NCBI GenBank assembly: GCA_964106645.2
Contig: OZ067038.1
Direction: 5' to 3' (one strand)
Origin: Podarcis pityusensis
Taxonomy: Eukaryota
Length of the DNA stretch: 64,000 bases
The stretch's first letter is position 1; the number at the start of each line of letters is the position of its first letter. The position numbers were made by a program, and so were the translations under genes. Shown here piece after piece: positions 13,484-26,127 of the stretch. Below the pieces are notes generated by a model. It was not told the DNA's origin. It saw only the letters and a program-made list of their open reading frames with translations, and did not search any database.

Positions 13484-14635
13484 GAGAAATACCACATCGA
13501 CTCTTAAGAGGACTTCAGAGGGGCAGGGTTCTCCCCTCATCCAGCCGTAATAGTGAAATGGAGAGGTTTCATATCTCAATGGCAGAGATCAAATACCCCA
13601 TGCATCACATGTTGCTTCTGAGACATTCATACATCCTTCCTGCTCCTGCCCTTCTATTTGCATCAGTGTTCAAAAGAGCAAGGCTCTCCTGAGTTGCTGC
13701 AACGAAGTTTCAATACTTTTGTACTAAAGAAAGTCAAACTGTGGAGTTTGTTTAGGATTCTAGGTCATTGATCAGAATGCTGAGATTACTAGTCAGATAA
13801 ATTAGTCTGGGAGCAAACTAGAGATTATGTACTAATGAAAACCATCAGGCTGCGTATGCCTCCAGAGAACAGAATAAATATGTTGCTGACAGAGAGTACG
13901 GCTAGTGAGTTATGATGCAGATGGAGAAATCACTAAAACTGTTGGCCCAGCTGCAGTAACAAAAGCACAAGCCAGCTGTAAAGTATGTTAAAGAAGAAGA
14001 GAATAAGAACTGGGAGAGGTTCTGAAAAAGACACCAGAGAACTGACGTCAGTGGGATTATTCCATTGGCCCTTTCACACATATCAACCAATTTGTAAAAT
14101 CCCTCTTCAGAATGTTTTTTTCCCCCCCACTTCTAAAAAATAACAGTCAAATATATAAATTAACAAAAGTCAGACGTTGAGACACTGGATGTAAGACCTA
14201 TACTCTCTTTGGGAAGGCAAGAGAAGAAGGCAGGAGCACACATCTATAATTTGCTTGTTTCAGGCACAGCAGGTTGTCGATTGTCAAGAATGACACACCA
14301 GGGCATTAATTTACACATAGGTCACTGTTCCTGTGAGCACATTTGTGCACTTTCATCCGCACATGAACACTTTCAGTTTTATGTCTCCAGAATCTATCTC
14401 AATGCTTCCCATCCACACTAGTGATTGGCACTTGATGGGATGTTTTCATGTTGTCTGTAGTTGTCCCCTTCCCTCAATGATTACTTCCTCCTACACCATA
14501 AACTCCAGAAATTTGAGGTCCTTGTAGGTATTTGTTTGCAGGTGTACACATACCCTTTTTTGGAAAAAAAACCAACAGCAAACAAATCAGAAGATTCACT
14601 CAATAAAGACTGAATACAGTCTAACCTCATGGATA

Positions 14636-14988
14636 AAAAAGGTAAAGGACCCCTGACAGTTAAATCCAGTCATGAATGACTCTGGGGTTGTGGCACTCAT
14701 CTCGCTTTATTGGCCGAGGGAGCCGGCATACAGCTTCCGGGTCATGTGGCCAGCATGACTAAGCTGCTTCTGGCGAAACCAGAGCAGTGCACGGAAACGC
14801 CATTTACCTTCCCACCGGAGCGGTACCTATTTATCTACTTGCACTTTGACGTGCTTTCAAACTGCTAGGTTGGCAGGAGCTGGGACCGAGCAACGGGAGC
14901 TCACCCTGCCACAGGGATTCGAACCGCCAACCTTCTGATCGGCAAGCCCTAGGCTCTGTGGTTTAGACCACAGTGCCACCTGCGTCCC
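14636..14988 (-). mobile_element. Sauria SINE (Squam1)
   Basis: Reverse complement starts GGGACGCAGGTGGCACTGTGGTCTAAACCACAGAGCCTAGGGCTTGCCGATCAGAAGG and ends with an (ACCTTT) tail. Confidence 0.92.
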
Positions 14989-16119
14989 TATGAAACATAG
15001 GTGTTCACAAAATGGTACAGTCATGACTATTTATGACATCACTAATAATGCCACAGATAATATACAGTAAGTGTCTATGGCCATCCTTCAGACGACAGTG
15101 TTCCATACTACCATTGCAATAGCCATGGGTGTGCTGTCTGGAGGAAGCACTACTTTTACTACATGCTAAAATATAGAAAATATTCTCTAATAATATGTGA
15201 ATGGTTGCAACAAAAGTATCCCCTCAAGGAAATACATACAGACTGCCACTGCACCAAGCAAGCAACAAGTGCACATTTGTGGCACTAGAAAGTGAGGGTG
15301 CAGAAAGCCTCTTATTATTCTTATTGTCACTATTGATTGGCTTTGGACAGCAATTCTGCAGAAAAACTTCAGACTATTGGAGAAAAAAAGAAAAAAGAAT
15401 AAGCATTAGAGAAGATTTTATCCATTTTCTATTTTTGTTACAGGTCTTAAGCAAGGCAAACCTTCCGGGCTGGTCATATTGATTCCCACATACCACCTGT
15501 CTCTGATTCAGTGGGTACACTCTTCAAAGGATTGTTGTAGTCCCACACAAAATTGCATTCTCTAACCCACATGGCAATTCATTTCATAGCAGAAGCTCAA
15601 TGGATGACCTACCATGACCCGGGTCAGGTGGAGCATCTCACAGCATAAAGAGATGGGGCCAAATCAGGGCGTGAGATCTTTCCAGATGCATGTCCACAAA
15701 CAGCCAAAGAGGAAGTCCAAGAAGGCAGCTGGTCCCTGAGTGCCACAGTCCCTGGAGACTTTGGCCATTGGGTCAGAAGACTCAAAGCAGAAGAAGAGTC
15801 TTCTATATCCTCCCTGTTTATTGTTCCACCCTAGTCAACTCAGAGTTGCAAAAGTATTCCACTCACTAGCTTATGGAGAGAGAGAGACAGAGAGACAAAG
15901 AGACAGAATAGGTTTGTAACAAGTCACTACAGTTACTACTAAATGAAGATTTTTATTCAACTTAGACCATCCTTCAGGACTATTGGAGGATGAACATCAA
16001 AACTAAGATGTTAAGAACAACCAATGAAGAGGGGGGCAATGGGGGAAGTTGCTTTTTGTAACCATCTGCAAGCCTTCTTTACACGGTTTACACAAAACAC
16101 TTCTCCTCCGAGCCTGTTA

Positions 16120-16240
16120 CATTAAGAGGGAGCGTGGGCTTTGCCAGAACACCTGGAATGACTCATTATTTAAACAGAGGCATGGCATCTTTTTCAGCAT
16201 GAAAAGAGTAACATGTCACATCAGGGCATGATTCAGGTCA
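16120..16240. promoter_or_regulatory. Candidate enhancer element with overlapping TEAD/AP-1 site
   Basis: GGAATGACTCA: TEAD GGAATG at 16155-16160 overlaps AP-1 TGACTCA at 16159-16165, in non-repetitive sequence. Confidence 0.25.
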
Positions 16241-18152
16241 GAAGGACTTGTGATGCTCAGCTTGGTAAATATTATTGTTATGTGAAGATGAAAAATGTCA
16301 TTGAAGAAGGGCAAGTTATTATTACAGCCCTGTTTACAAATCCATGAAAAGGACTCTTTTGCTGTGTTTCAAGCCTACAACAGCTTATGCTTTCAAAATG
16401 AAAATAAAAGAACGAAGCAAACAAGGAGTAAACAAACAAGGACTCTTTCTTTCTGCTACAGTTGTGCAAAAAGTACAACACTGAGTAGCCTCAGAAGGGC
16501 ATCCAGTGTACATTCCCAGTGCCACATTCGATGACTGGGGCTCAAGACTTTTCTTTTGCTCATGATGACACTCAGAAGCTGCGTCAGGTTTTTTGGCACT
16601 TCCAGTATCCCCCACCAAAGCAAATGGCTCATTTGGCTTAGGGATGACCCTGTGCATATCCCACAAAAAAATAGTTTTGCTCATTCCCTCAGCAGAAGAA
16701 AGTCCAGGGCAGCTCTCGAGAGGCAATTCCATTGTGAGAACAGAATATTTCCAGAATGTAGTACTTTTGCAATATCAGTGTATGAACAAGCATACAAGTA
16801 AAGTAAGCAGGAACGCAGAGTGGAAATGCTAGACCTAACACACCCGCCACCACCAATTAGCCAAAGCCACAGCAACCCCTGGCGGCAGCACCAGCAGCAG
16901 CACCAGACTTTCTTGCTAGCAAGCTCCAGAAACTCGCACTTTTTGGACAAATTAAAACGGTTCCCTTTCTCCGGCTGATCAAATATGATCCTTGGGGTTC
17001 TTTTGCTCCCATACAAGCAGGCAAACTCAACACCCCTAGTAGCTTGCCCTAGACTTTTTCAAGACCCTGAGAAACCCAGGGTCTGAATGCTTATTTGTGG
17101 CCTCCCTTCCTTTGCTTCTTGGTGGGACTGTCCTGTACTATCAGTGCTGCAATGGGCCCTTCTGTGTGTGAGGCCTGGGGCAACTGCCTCCACTACTTCA
17201 AAAGACCTGTAGTGGCTTCTTTTTTTAATTACAAAGTGCAGTTTGATGGCTCATTACAGACCAGGCCACCCCAAGGCCAAGAAGTTATCAAAGAGAATAT
17301 TTATAACATTGGCAGTCACCATTAATGGTCTGCAATAGTCAGCCAACAGACATGACTGCAAAGACATGAGGGTTCCCTGGACGTTATCGTAAACAAATCT
17401 TGAGATAAAGTTGTTGATTCAAGTAAGCACAGGTTAAACAAACTTGATCCAAGGATAATCTCAGCTAGTGGCAGCCATGTGGAAAAGCCAGCTCATGCTG
17501 ACATTATCACATGGCAGCCTGTGCAGGATTCAGGCCAGCTGGCGCTCACACTGAAAAAAACAAAACCTTGACCCAACGTGATCTGACGTCTTTACATGCC
17601 TGTGGGTTCTTATGGTGTAGCTGATGCATCTGCATGTCCTTGTGAGGCATCTAATCATAGCCTGCATTTTTATCAAGGCTTATAGTTTGATTAGGGTCTG
17701 TATTTTAAAATGAGCTTAAAGATTTTCAAATGTTTTTATGCCAGGCAGAAGACCAGCTGCCTAAGTACTTTGGCAAGATGTTTATCCTCCTGGACAAGGG
17801 GGCCCCCTGATTTATAGCAGAAAACAATTCTCAAAGTCGTAAAAAGAGAATTACAGGCTGAGAGCAAGGTTACACCACCCTACATAATTAAGAGTTGGTA
17901 AATAGTAAAATCATTAAACTTGAGCCATATCTTCCTAAGGTTAAAGGCCAAGAGCAACTGGCTGGAGAAGGAGAAGTGTAAACAGAAGAAGAGGCTTTTT
18001 CCTATTTTATTTTGAGGCTGTAAACTATTCCTTCCTTTTACTTTGAGAAGGTTTATTCTTCTAAAAAGCTATCTATGATAATGTATGAAATATACTGGCT
18101 TAAATGTAATTATGCAAAGGATCTAGAAAGAAAGAAATGTTAAATTCTTATT

Positions 18153-18285
18153 TCATAGAGTCATATTGCTGTAGGAGACCAGAGGGGCAAACGAGCCCAG
18201 CCCCCTGCCAGACAGGAGACGCCATCGAGCACTCCTGATATATGGTTGTCAGGCCTTTGTTTTAAAGACCTCCAAAAAAGAGATC
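18153..18285 (-). mobile_element. CR1 3' end fragment
   Basis: Reverse complement resembles the CR1 end at 5910-6105 (GGAGGTCTTTAAAACA...CCTGACAACCATATATCAGGAGTGCTC). Confidence 0.65.
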
Positions 18286-18435
18286 TTTCATTGATGATGC
18301 ATGAGAATGTGAACCCAAAATCTCTGACATCTGTTTAAGATAAAAATTTAAAACTATTAACCATCTGTTTTGGAGGGCAATAGGGCAAGGAGGGCAAGAG
18401 GTGAGCTGGTAATTAAGGTTCCTTGTTGAGACAAA

Positions 18436-18791
18436 TGTAAGATATATGACTGCTTATTTGTCATTTATAGATAGAAGAATATATAGCTTTTTGTATCCCA
18501 TAAAAGGCAATAGGAAATGGGTGTATCTTTTAGGATTGGTTATAGCAATCAGCCAATAGGAAATTCAACCAGGCTGATTGGACAGAGGCAGCCAAAGGAG
18601 GAGCAAGGGGGCTGGACTGAGGGAATATAAGTGCTGGCCATAATGGCAGGAGACCAGGCCAGAGCTTGGTAACCATATACCACTGTGCCTCTCATTTATT
18701 TGTCTGACAAATAAATTATTATTTTAATTTCTCTATTGCTGCGTTGAATATTTCATTCCAGCTAAGCGTTAACCACAAGCAGGGTGCTACA
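18436..18791 (+). mobile_element. Probable solo LTR (unclassified)
   Basis: TGTAAG...GCTACA termini, several CCAAT/ATTGG boxes, TATA (ATATAAG ~18625) and AATAAA (~18710) in LTR order. TSD not found and the 5' boundary is uncertain. Confidence 0.5.
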
Positions 18792-21700
18792 CTTGGACCT
18801 TGAGTGATTTCTTCCTGTAGCTGCCACAGCTTGAGTTGGTCATCAGAGAAAGACCTTATTCTCAACTACATAGTTCATAGTTAAACATTCAATGTGGTTT
18901 TGTTTTTTTCACATCTAGATAGAATAGTCAGATTCTACATAGCTCACACCATCCATATAACTTCACCGAACTGCGTATCTGTCTCAAGTGAGGAATTAAA
19001 AACTACCAAACTTGCCTTTTTGCTTCCCAGGTGCCAAAGAACACATACATCTATTTGATGCTAGGACTACGCACAACTGCCCTTGGCTCAGAAAGCAGCA
19101 GGAAATGGATCTGCGTCATTCTGCACGAGGCAGCTGGTCACTCAGTCCTTCTTCTGCATATAGGGATAGGGAGAAGCAAGAGTAATCTTTCTGCAGGCCA
19201 AGGAAGGGACAGGGAAAGAAATAACATAGAGCGGGGTAAGTATACATTGCAGAGTACATCTGCAAGAAAATGACAAAATAGTGCTGTAATTGCAGTGCGA
19301 AGAGATATAATTTTCTCCACCCTGCACCCCTGTTAGTATGTGCTGTACAGCACAGATGTTTCCAAATGGGCTACTTGCCAGCACAGTTTAATTGTGGTAA
19401 CATCCTGGATGATGGATATCAAATGGGAAGGAATTGATGGCTTTGGTTATAAAAAAATAAACAGATCACAGCTCAGGGATAGTGTTCCTTCTTAGCAAGG
19501 AAGATAGTTTGTTATCTCTTTCATTATCTTCATATAGGGGGCGTATTTGAGGAAGGGCACCATGATCTGGATTTCTTTTCAGAGAATAAGATAATAAATC
19601 CAGATATTACAAGAAGATAAAGGTTGTGGGATGAACAGAGGGTTAGCGTTCAAGCGGTATTCAGGTGAATATTCTCTTGCTCAGACCCGCAGGAATTCTT
19701 GTACTATAGAATAACAGAGAGTTTTGGTTTTTGCTTGTTCTTTAAAAATCCAGTTTCCTTTTTGCCCCTTTGAAGTTGTTGTTCCAATATCTGGGCTGAA
19801 AGTTCAGCTTCACTTGGAACAGGGTCACGATACTTGGGTTGGAGCCCCCATATTCACTGGATGAGACTGGGATTTGGAGTTGGAGAAGTAATTGCTCCCG
19901 GAGCCAGCTCCAGGAGTACTAAATGGGAAGCATGTGGGCAAGAGGAGCCCACTGTGCCAGAACCTCTGCAGGTTGAGGAGGTTGTGCTACCTTCCTCTGA
20001 CTTCAAAGGATCCATCTCAGAAGCCCTACTGGAACCACAGTCTCCCCCACCCTCAGTCAGAGTCCACAAGGCCTAAAGTAAGCAAGGCCCCTTTAAATGA
20101 AGATGTTGTATTTATGGAAGACGGAGCTGGTGTCTCAGCGCTGCGGCTGCTACTTAAGGTTCAGTCTGAGAATCCCTGTTGCTGAAACAACATTTGAGCT
20201 CTGCTTTTATGTAAATTCTAATTTGAGTCCTGCATGGAGCTGTCCAGGGTACTAACCAAGCCTTGTCTCATCTCCGTATTGAGGCCATTGCTCAAAATGG
20301 AACCAAAACTGTCTTCAAGGTGAGAGAGTCCATCAAAAATACACAAGGAGGAACTGTATTTACAAACAAGTGAGCAATTCATATGTGAGATTATTCCCAG
20401 GGAGTTGTTCCAATTAAGGTGATGTATTGCAATTTAATCTGTGACCCAGATTGTTGTTTATAGGCACTTAATATCAATACACGTTGGCTTTATGTGACTC
20501 CTTGACTAGGCCTTAACACTGGGTAGTCAAGTTACATGATGGTTGGAGAAGATGGCTCAGCCTTATTCCACTCTCTAGCAAGCTAGCCACAAGTGGAAAA
20601 CAACAGTACCATTTTTGGGAAGACTAGTTGATAGACATCCTTTGTGCAAGTTCTTTAAAAGACCTTAAGACCTGTGAGACAGGGAGAGTGAGGCCTTTGT
20701 TTTGGAGGCTCTGTGGGTTAAGAACATCAGGGGTTCTGGAGATATAATGTAGAATAGTAGATCTGCCTGCTTGTTCGAGTGTCTAAGCTGTGCCTCTGCA
20801 TGTATGCAAGCTGTATATTTAGAAATAAAGTCAAATATTACACAGAGCATCATCAATGTCCAATCAATCAATCAATCTTCTGAACAAAGCCTGCATCCTT
20901 GGGGACTTCTTGCTGCTCAGAGAAGAGGATTGCATGAAACAAAATGTTCATACCAGACTCAGTTGCTATCAGTTCCCTCAAGAGAAGACAAAATACAAAT
21001 AAAAGACAAAGAGGAATCTTGTGCTTTCTGCAGCTTTCTGTTTTCTGAGGCGTGCTCTGATTATTATCATTCTGCTCAGCTTGTTGATCCAATAAACTTT
21101 GCCTGGAATCTGTGCAAGGGTTACTGGAATAAGCAGGGGAAAAATAAAACAAATATACAGAAAAATAATGTGCAAGCTCCCTGGAAACCAGACAGAGACA
21201 TAGTGACCCAAGACTCTTAATGGCAAGGGAACATGGAGGGAAAGGGAAGAGGTGATATATTGTCAGTAGGAAAGATTCTATAAATATCAGGAAAGGCAAA
21301 GTACGGAACATAGAGACACAGCATCAAAGATCTTTTGTATTAGGCCCCAGAACTTCGCAAATCACCTCACACAAGTGCTCTTAATGAAGCAATTGGTAGA
21401 AAAAGCTTCTGCCTGGAAATCCAGTTGCTTGACGCAAATGCTTGCAACACAGTTATTGAAAAGGCCTTTGCTACAAGGCCAATCTTTGTGGTGTTGTGTT
21501 TTGGAGTTTGTTTTTAAAATATATTTCCCAAAGATGCAGGGTCATGGGAAGATTTACTCAGCTGACTTGAAAAGCACACACCAACATGTTTTCTGCCTAC
21601 GAAAAAGCAGCTCAGAAAATGCTTCTGGCAAGCACAGAAGAAAAAAAGCCGAATAAGAGAGGAATTTTTCATTTAACTATGAGAGCGCCTGCAGATGAGC

Positions 21701-21899
21701 AAAACTGATTTTTTCTATCTACCTTCTCTAATCACTGAACAACTTGGTGGTCAAGCACTTCATTCTGGTCTGGCTAAAGGCACTGTTATCACCTGCAGGT
21801 GTAATTGAGCACAAAAGGACAAAAGGCTGGTGCCAAAAGTCTATGCTAAAAGTGCACTCCATTGCAAAGGCATCCACATACATCCACATTATGAAACAA

Positions 21900-22300
21900 C
21901 ATCCACCTATAGCATCAGGGGGGCCGACTTGGTCCAGATTGTGGGTGCCCAGCGGCGCATGACGGAATGTGACGGCATGACATCACAGTGGTGCCTGGGA
22001 ACCCCAAACGTTACATCTGAGCCCCCATGAGACCTCAGACACCTCACAGGGCATCCGACGTGACTTCTGGTGGCATCGGAAGTCACGTCAGAGGGCTTGT
22101 GAGGCCTCGGATGCCACCTCCAACCTTGAGTGCTTCACAAGGCACTGGAAGTTGCATTGGAGGCCTCGCAAGGCCTCAGAGGTGGTTTCCGAGGCCTCAC
22201 AAGCCCTCTGGCGTGACTTCCGATGCCATCAGAAGTCACATCAGATGCCCTGTGGTGTGGGTGCTCGGGCCCCCAAGGTCCCCTATAGTTGGTGCCAGTG
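21900..22300. mobile_element. MITE-like element with long internal nested inverted repeat
   Basis: 67-bp arms at 22045-22111 and 22188-22254 are near-perfect reverse complements. Outer CATCCACCTATAG / CTATAGTTGGTG are inverted. Confidence 0.6.
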
Positions 22301-22321
22301 TATAACATTATACATCGCACA

Positions 22322-22806
22322 TGTAATGATCTCAGACAGGCAAGCAAGCCTCAATAAGAATTAATGACTCTCCAACAGTTTTATGGTACTTTTATTTACA
22401 AAAACACATCCAGAGTGCAGCTTCTAGCCTGCTCTCATTGAAGGAGTTGGTCAGCCTGAATCTCTGCCCCTCTCACAGCAGGAAGGACGTCCGATTCCTG
22501 CCCTTCCTCTCTTGCCCTTCCATTGCACTCTGACCTTGTCCAGACTCCGAGAACGGGGACTGAGAGGTTGGACTTCCCCCTCCCCACTTCCACTAGACAC
22601 ACTCTCTATCCTCTGCCTCTCTGCTGTTTCCCTAGCAACACTCTGACTGCCTCCTAACTCTCCCTCTGCTTGAGAGCTATCTGTGTCTGTGACTTCTACA
22701 TGAAGGGGGATCGAAGCTTTCGTCTGCAGAGCTGGCCTCTCTCTCACTTGGCTCTATTTCTGAGTCTGACTCTCCCCTTGAGCTCGGTTGAGCCACATCC
22801 CTGACA
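22322..22806 (-). mobile_element. Solo LTR (different Gypsy-type family)
   Basis: Minus strand TGTCAGGGATG...AATAAAGTACC...GATCATTACA. Flanks GCACA / ACACA are a 5-bp TSD with one mismatch. Confidence 0.7.
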
Positions 22807-24248
22807 ACACACATGGCACACATGTTGGAATCTTGTCAGTTCTCTTCATTGGTCTGGATCTATGGAACTCCTTGCCAGGGGAGGTCAATTTGCCCTCTCC
22901 CCAGACTTTTTGTTATTTAAGGCATTTCCTTCCCAGCAAGCTTTTCACCTGCCAGTGTGAAGAGTTTTCACTCAACTGCTCTCTTGTTGGCAGCACTTGT
23001 ATCTCTTCAATGTTTTAGTAGTTTATTGATTCATGTTTGCGTGCAGGTTGTCTCTATGCGTGTGTATGTGAAGTAGTTTTAAGGCATAATCCTATACAGA
23101 AGATACCATAGGATTTTGCACACTCCTGCTACCCTGTTGGAACACTATGTGCCACCATCTTAAAAGATACTCCAGAAGATCTATTCTGCCATCTCCTGGA
23201 GCCTCTTAGCAGATCTCAGGAACTACCTTTCAAGGGGGCATGGTTTGCAATAGATTTTTTTGTATTCGTTTTCTTCAATATGCACAGATTCTCTTTTCTT
23301 GAGACATCCAATATCACTCATGATGTACAGATTACACTGCCTAACATATATCTTTTCACCACTGTTAGACATGGAGTCTGACAATACGTCCTTGTCCCCA
23401 CCCCCCTCAAAAAAAAGGTTCACTTGCAATAAATATGTGGAAGAGCCGCCAGTCAAAATGGGCAATACTGGGCTGGAGAGATAAATAGTCTGCTTTTGTA
23501 TATTGCAGCTTATGATGTTCACTTAAGCATGCAAGAGCACAGATGTTTCTTAAGACTTCAAGGAGAAATTAATTTATGAGCATTACCCACAAAGTACAAG
23601 TCACCCATTCTACTGTGAAAATTATTTTCACAGAGTGTTCCTATTTTTTGCAACATTGAACAGAAAAGTACAAAAGTACAGTACATCGTGGGATCAATAA
23701 GGGAGGCGGGGCATTCAGATTTATTTCCTGCTCTGATTCACAACTGTTCGATGAACAAATACAGCAAAATAGCCAAACAAGTTCCTATACCTGGAACTTA
23801 AGAGTAGGAAATGTGACAAATTCTAAACTGAGGACTGACATTTCCTAGCCTAGCTTTCACCAAACTCACTATTTTTTTCCAGAGGTTCAAATTCTCCATA
23901 CCACCAATTTCATGAGGACTTTCCCCAGGAGACTTACTACTTGATTCTACTGACTATGGGTGCTTCCAGGCAACTTGCTTACTGACCATTCATCCTGATT
24001 TGGTTCTAGGGAGAATACACAATGCCAGCTATTTATTGAGCATTCACTCGTATTTCTCTGTAGGGAGGTTAGACAATGTAGTAGGGGCGCCATCTCCCTT
24101 TGGGTCCCCCAATATTCTGGGGAGGGGGTCGGGGGTCCCCCAAGTCCAAAGGTGGCAGGAATTAACCCTAGGCCAGTGGCGGCAGCAGCAGCAGCAGCAT
24201 GGCTTCAAGGGCCAAGCCACCGCTCTCGGCTCCACTCCTGGCTCCTCT

Positions 24249-24500
24249 GCCAGTGTGGTGTAGTGGTTAAGAGAAGTACTCTCGTAATCTGGTGAACCGG
24301 GTTCGAGCCTCCGCTCCTCCACATGCAGCTGCTGGATGACCTTGGGCTAGTCACACTTCTTTGAAGTCTCTCAGCCCCATTCAGCTCACAGAGTGTTTGC
24401 TGTGGGGGAGGAAGGGAAAGGAGATTGTTAGCCGCTTTGAGACTCCTTAGGGTAGTGATAAAGCGGGATATCAAATCCAAACTCTTCTCTTTTTCTTCTC
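24249..24500 (+). mobile_element. Squam3-type (lacertid Squam3B-like) tRNA SINE
   Basis: GCCAGTGTGGTGTAGTGGTTAAGAG...GGTTCGAGCC (A/B boxes), body CTCCTCCACATGCAGCTGCTGG.TGACCTTGGGCTAGTCAC, and a CTT-rich tail. Confidence 0.85.
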
Positions 24501-25672
24501 TGATGTCCCGATGTCAAACGCACGACGCCACGCCCTGCACATTGCTGCCCCTCCATTCTTCTTCTGAAGGTGACACCTATGCAATGTTGCATCAGAGCAG
24601 GTATTCTCTTACACTTCCCAGTACATGATTCCTTTACTTCCCTTATTTCAAAAAGAGAAGTGGATTTGTTTTGCAAGACTGCAACTATAATTGCAGGTCC
24701 TGAATTTGCTGGTATGTGATTGAATCCCACCTCAGAATAGCAGCAGTTTGTATAAACTAGAACTGGGTCTGGGCATATTATGGATTTCAAAGGTGAGCAT
24801 GATTTTCATCTCAGAATAAGGCTGCAGGCCATAACCATTGCACATAACCACTGGAATAATACCACTGTATTTAACGAGAATTACTTTTTCAGTGTTGAAC
24901 TCTTGGTCTGTGCAACAAACAGAATTAACATGATCTTTCTCTAACCACTTGAGCTAAAGAAAAATATATAGCTTTTAAACTGATCATGCACAGAGACGAC
25001 CATGTACTTCTTCTTTTCTACAGACATGGCAGCATACACACCAGGCAGTTCATTTCTAGTTATTGTCCCATATTACATTTCCTTCTAGCTGAGTCACACT
25101 GGATATTTTAAGCAAAGCTCTGTGCTGCAGGCCAACTTGAAAACATTTGAAAAAAAGACAGTCAGGTCACTCCTGAGGCAGGAGAGCAGCTGGCCCCTTG
25201 ATGGGAATGGATGTGCAAGAAAGGGATTGTTATGGAAACATCACTTGCACGTTCTGTAACAGCACCAGAGTGATAAAGAGAGAACACATTTTAATTAACT
25301 GCCTTCAGCATATTCCCGATAACCACTGCTTGTACACACAGTGCAGAACAACACAGCAAGGCTGATGATACTTCAAACTGAGAAACAAAATGTCATAAGA
25401 TTGGACAAGAAATTAAGTTGTGAAAGGCATCCTTTTCACAGTGGGCAATCTAGCATCGCACAAGGCACACAACCCCTATGACAGAGCCATGTAGCTGCTC
25501 TGGGCATGTGCAGACGATTCGATTCTGCTCTCAGCTGTGCTGGCGTAAATTAGGAGGCGTTCAGTTTCTGATGTAGAGTTCTCCATTGTAAATGGATGGG
25601 TGTGTGGAGGAATGCATAATGGTAAGGGGGGGAAATGACTTCCCTTTTATTTGTTTTTTTTTTTAATGATGG

Positions 25673-26002
25673 TGTTATGTACTGAGTTGAATAGGATCCA
25701 AACTGTAGCAGTCTGATTGGTCCTAGAACAATAGGATTCAGAATGCAGCAGTCTGATTGGTCCTAGAACAATGCAGCAGTATGATTGGTTGGCAGGAACC
25801 ACCCAATCCTGCTCCAGATAGAAGTGAATCCACAACCTGATTGGCTTACAGTAGAATTCCAGAATTAGCCAATCATGTGCAGCCCATTGTGTAAATAATG
25901 TATATAAAGCAGATACTGTGAGGGGACATTTATTCATTCCTCCTCACCACTATGAGCTGAATAAAGAGCATGAAATCACTTTGCGACTCTGAGTATATTT
26001 CA
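25673..26002 (+). repeat. 5' LTR (330 bp)
   Basis: TG...CA termini, tandem GCAGTCTGATTGGTCCTAGAACAAT units, TATA (TATATAAA ~25901), AATAAA ~25960. Confidence 0.96.
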
Positions 26003-26003
26003 C

Positions 26004-26021
26004 TGGCGACGAGGATGGGAT
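26004..26021 (+). promoter_or_regulatory. Primer binding site complementary to tRNA-Ser(GCU)
   Basis: TGGCGACGAGGATGGGAT is the reverse complement of the vertebrate tRNA-Ser(GCU) 3' end ATCCCATCCTCGTCGCCA. It lies 1 nt after the LTR. Confidence 0.9.
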
Positions 26022-26127
26022 CCCGCTGAGCTGACTGCCACACACAGCACCGCAGCACCGCCAACTGCCGCACCGCTGCCTCGCACCGTGTATCCAGGCT
26101 TCAGCTCCGGGGCACAAGGAACTCAGA

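Noticed and set aside
14043-14050. Perfect CRE palindrome TGACGTCA near CCAAT boxes
   Set aside because: A single 8-mer is expected about once per 64 kb, and there is no CpG island or downstream exon.
19826-20075. LTR-like fragment similar in style to 22322-22806
   Set aside because: No clear TG...CA termini or TSD could be located.
25700-25800. Short direct repeats with spacers resembling a CRISPR array
   Set aside because: Only 2-3 units, inside a eukaryotic LTR U3, with no cas genes.
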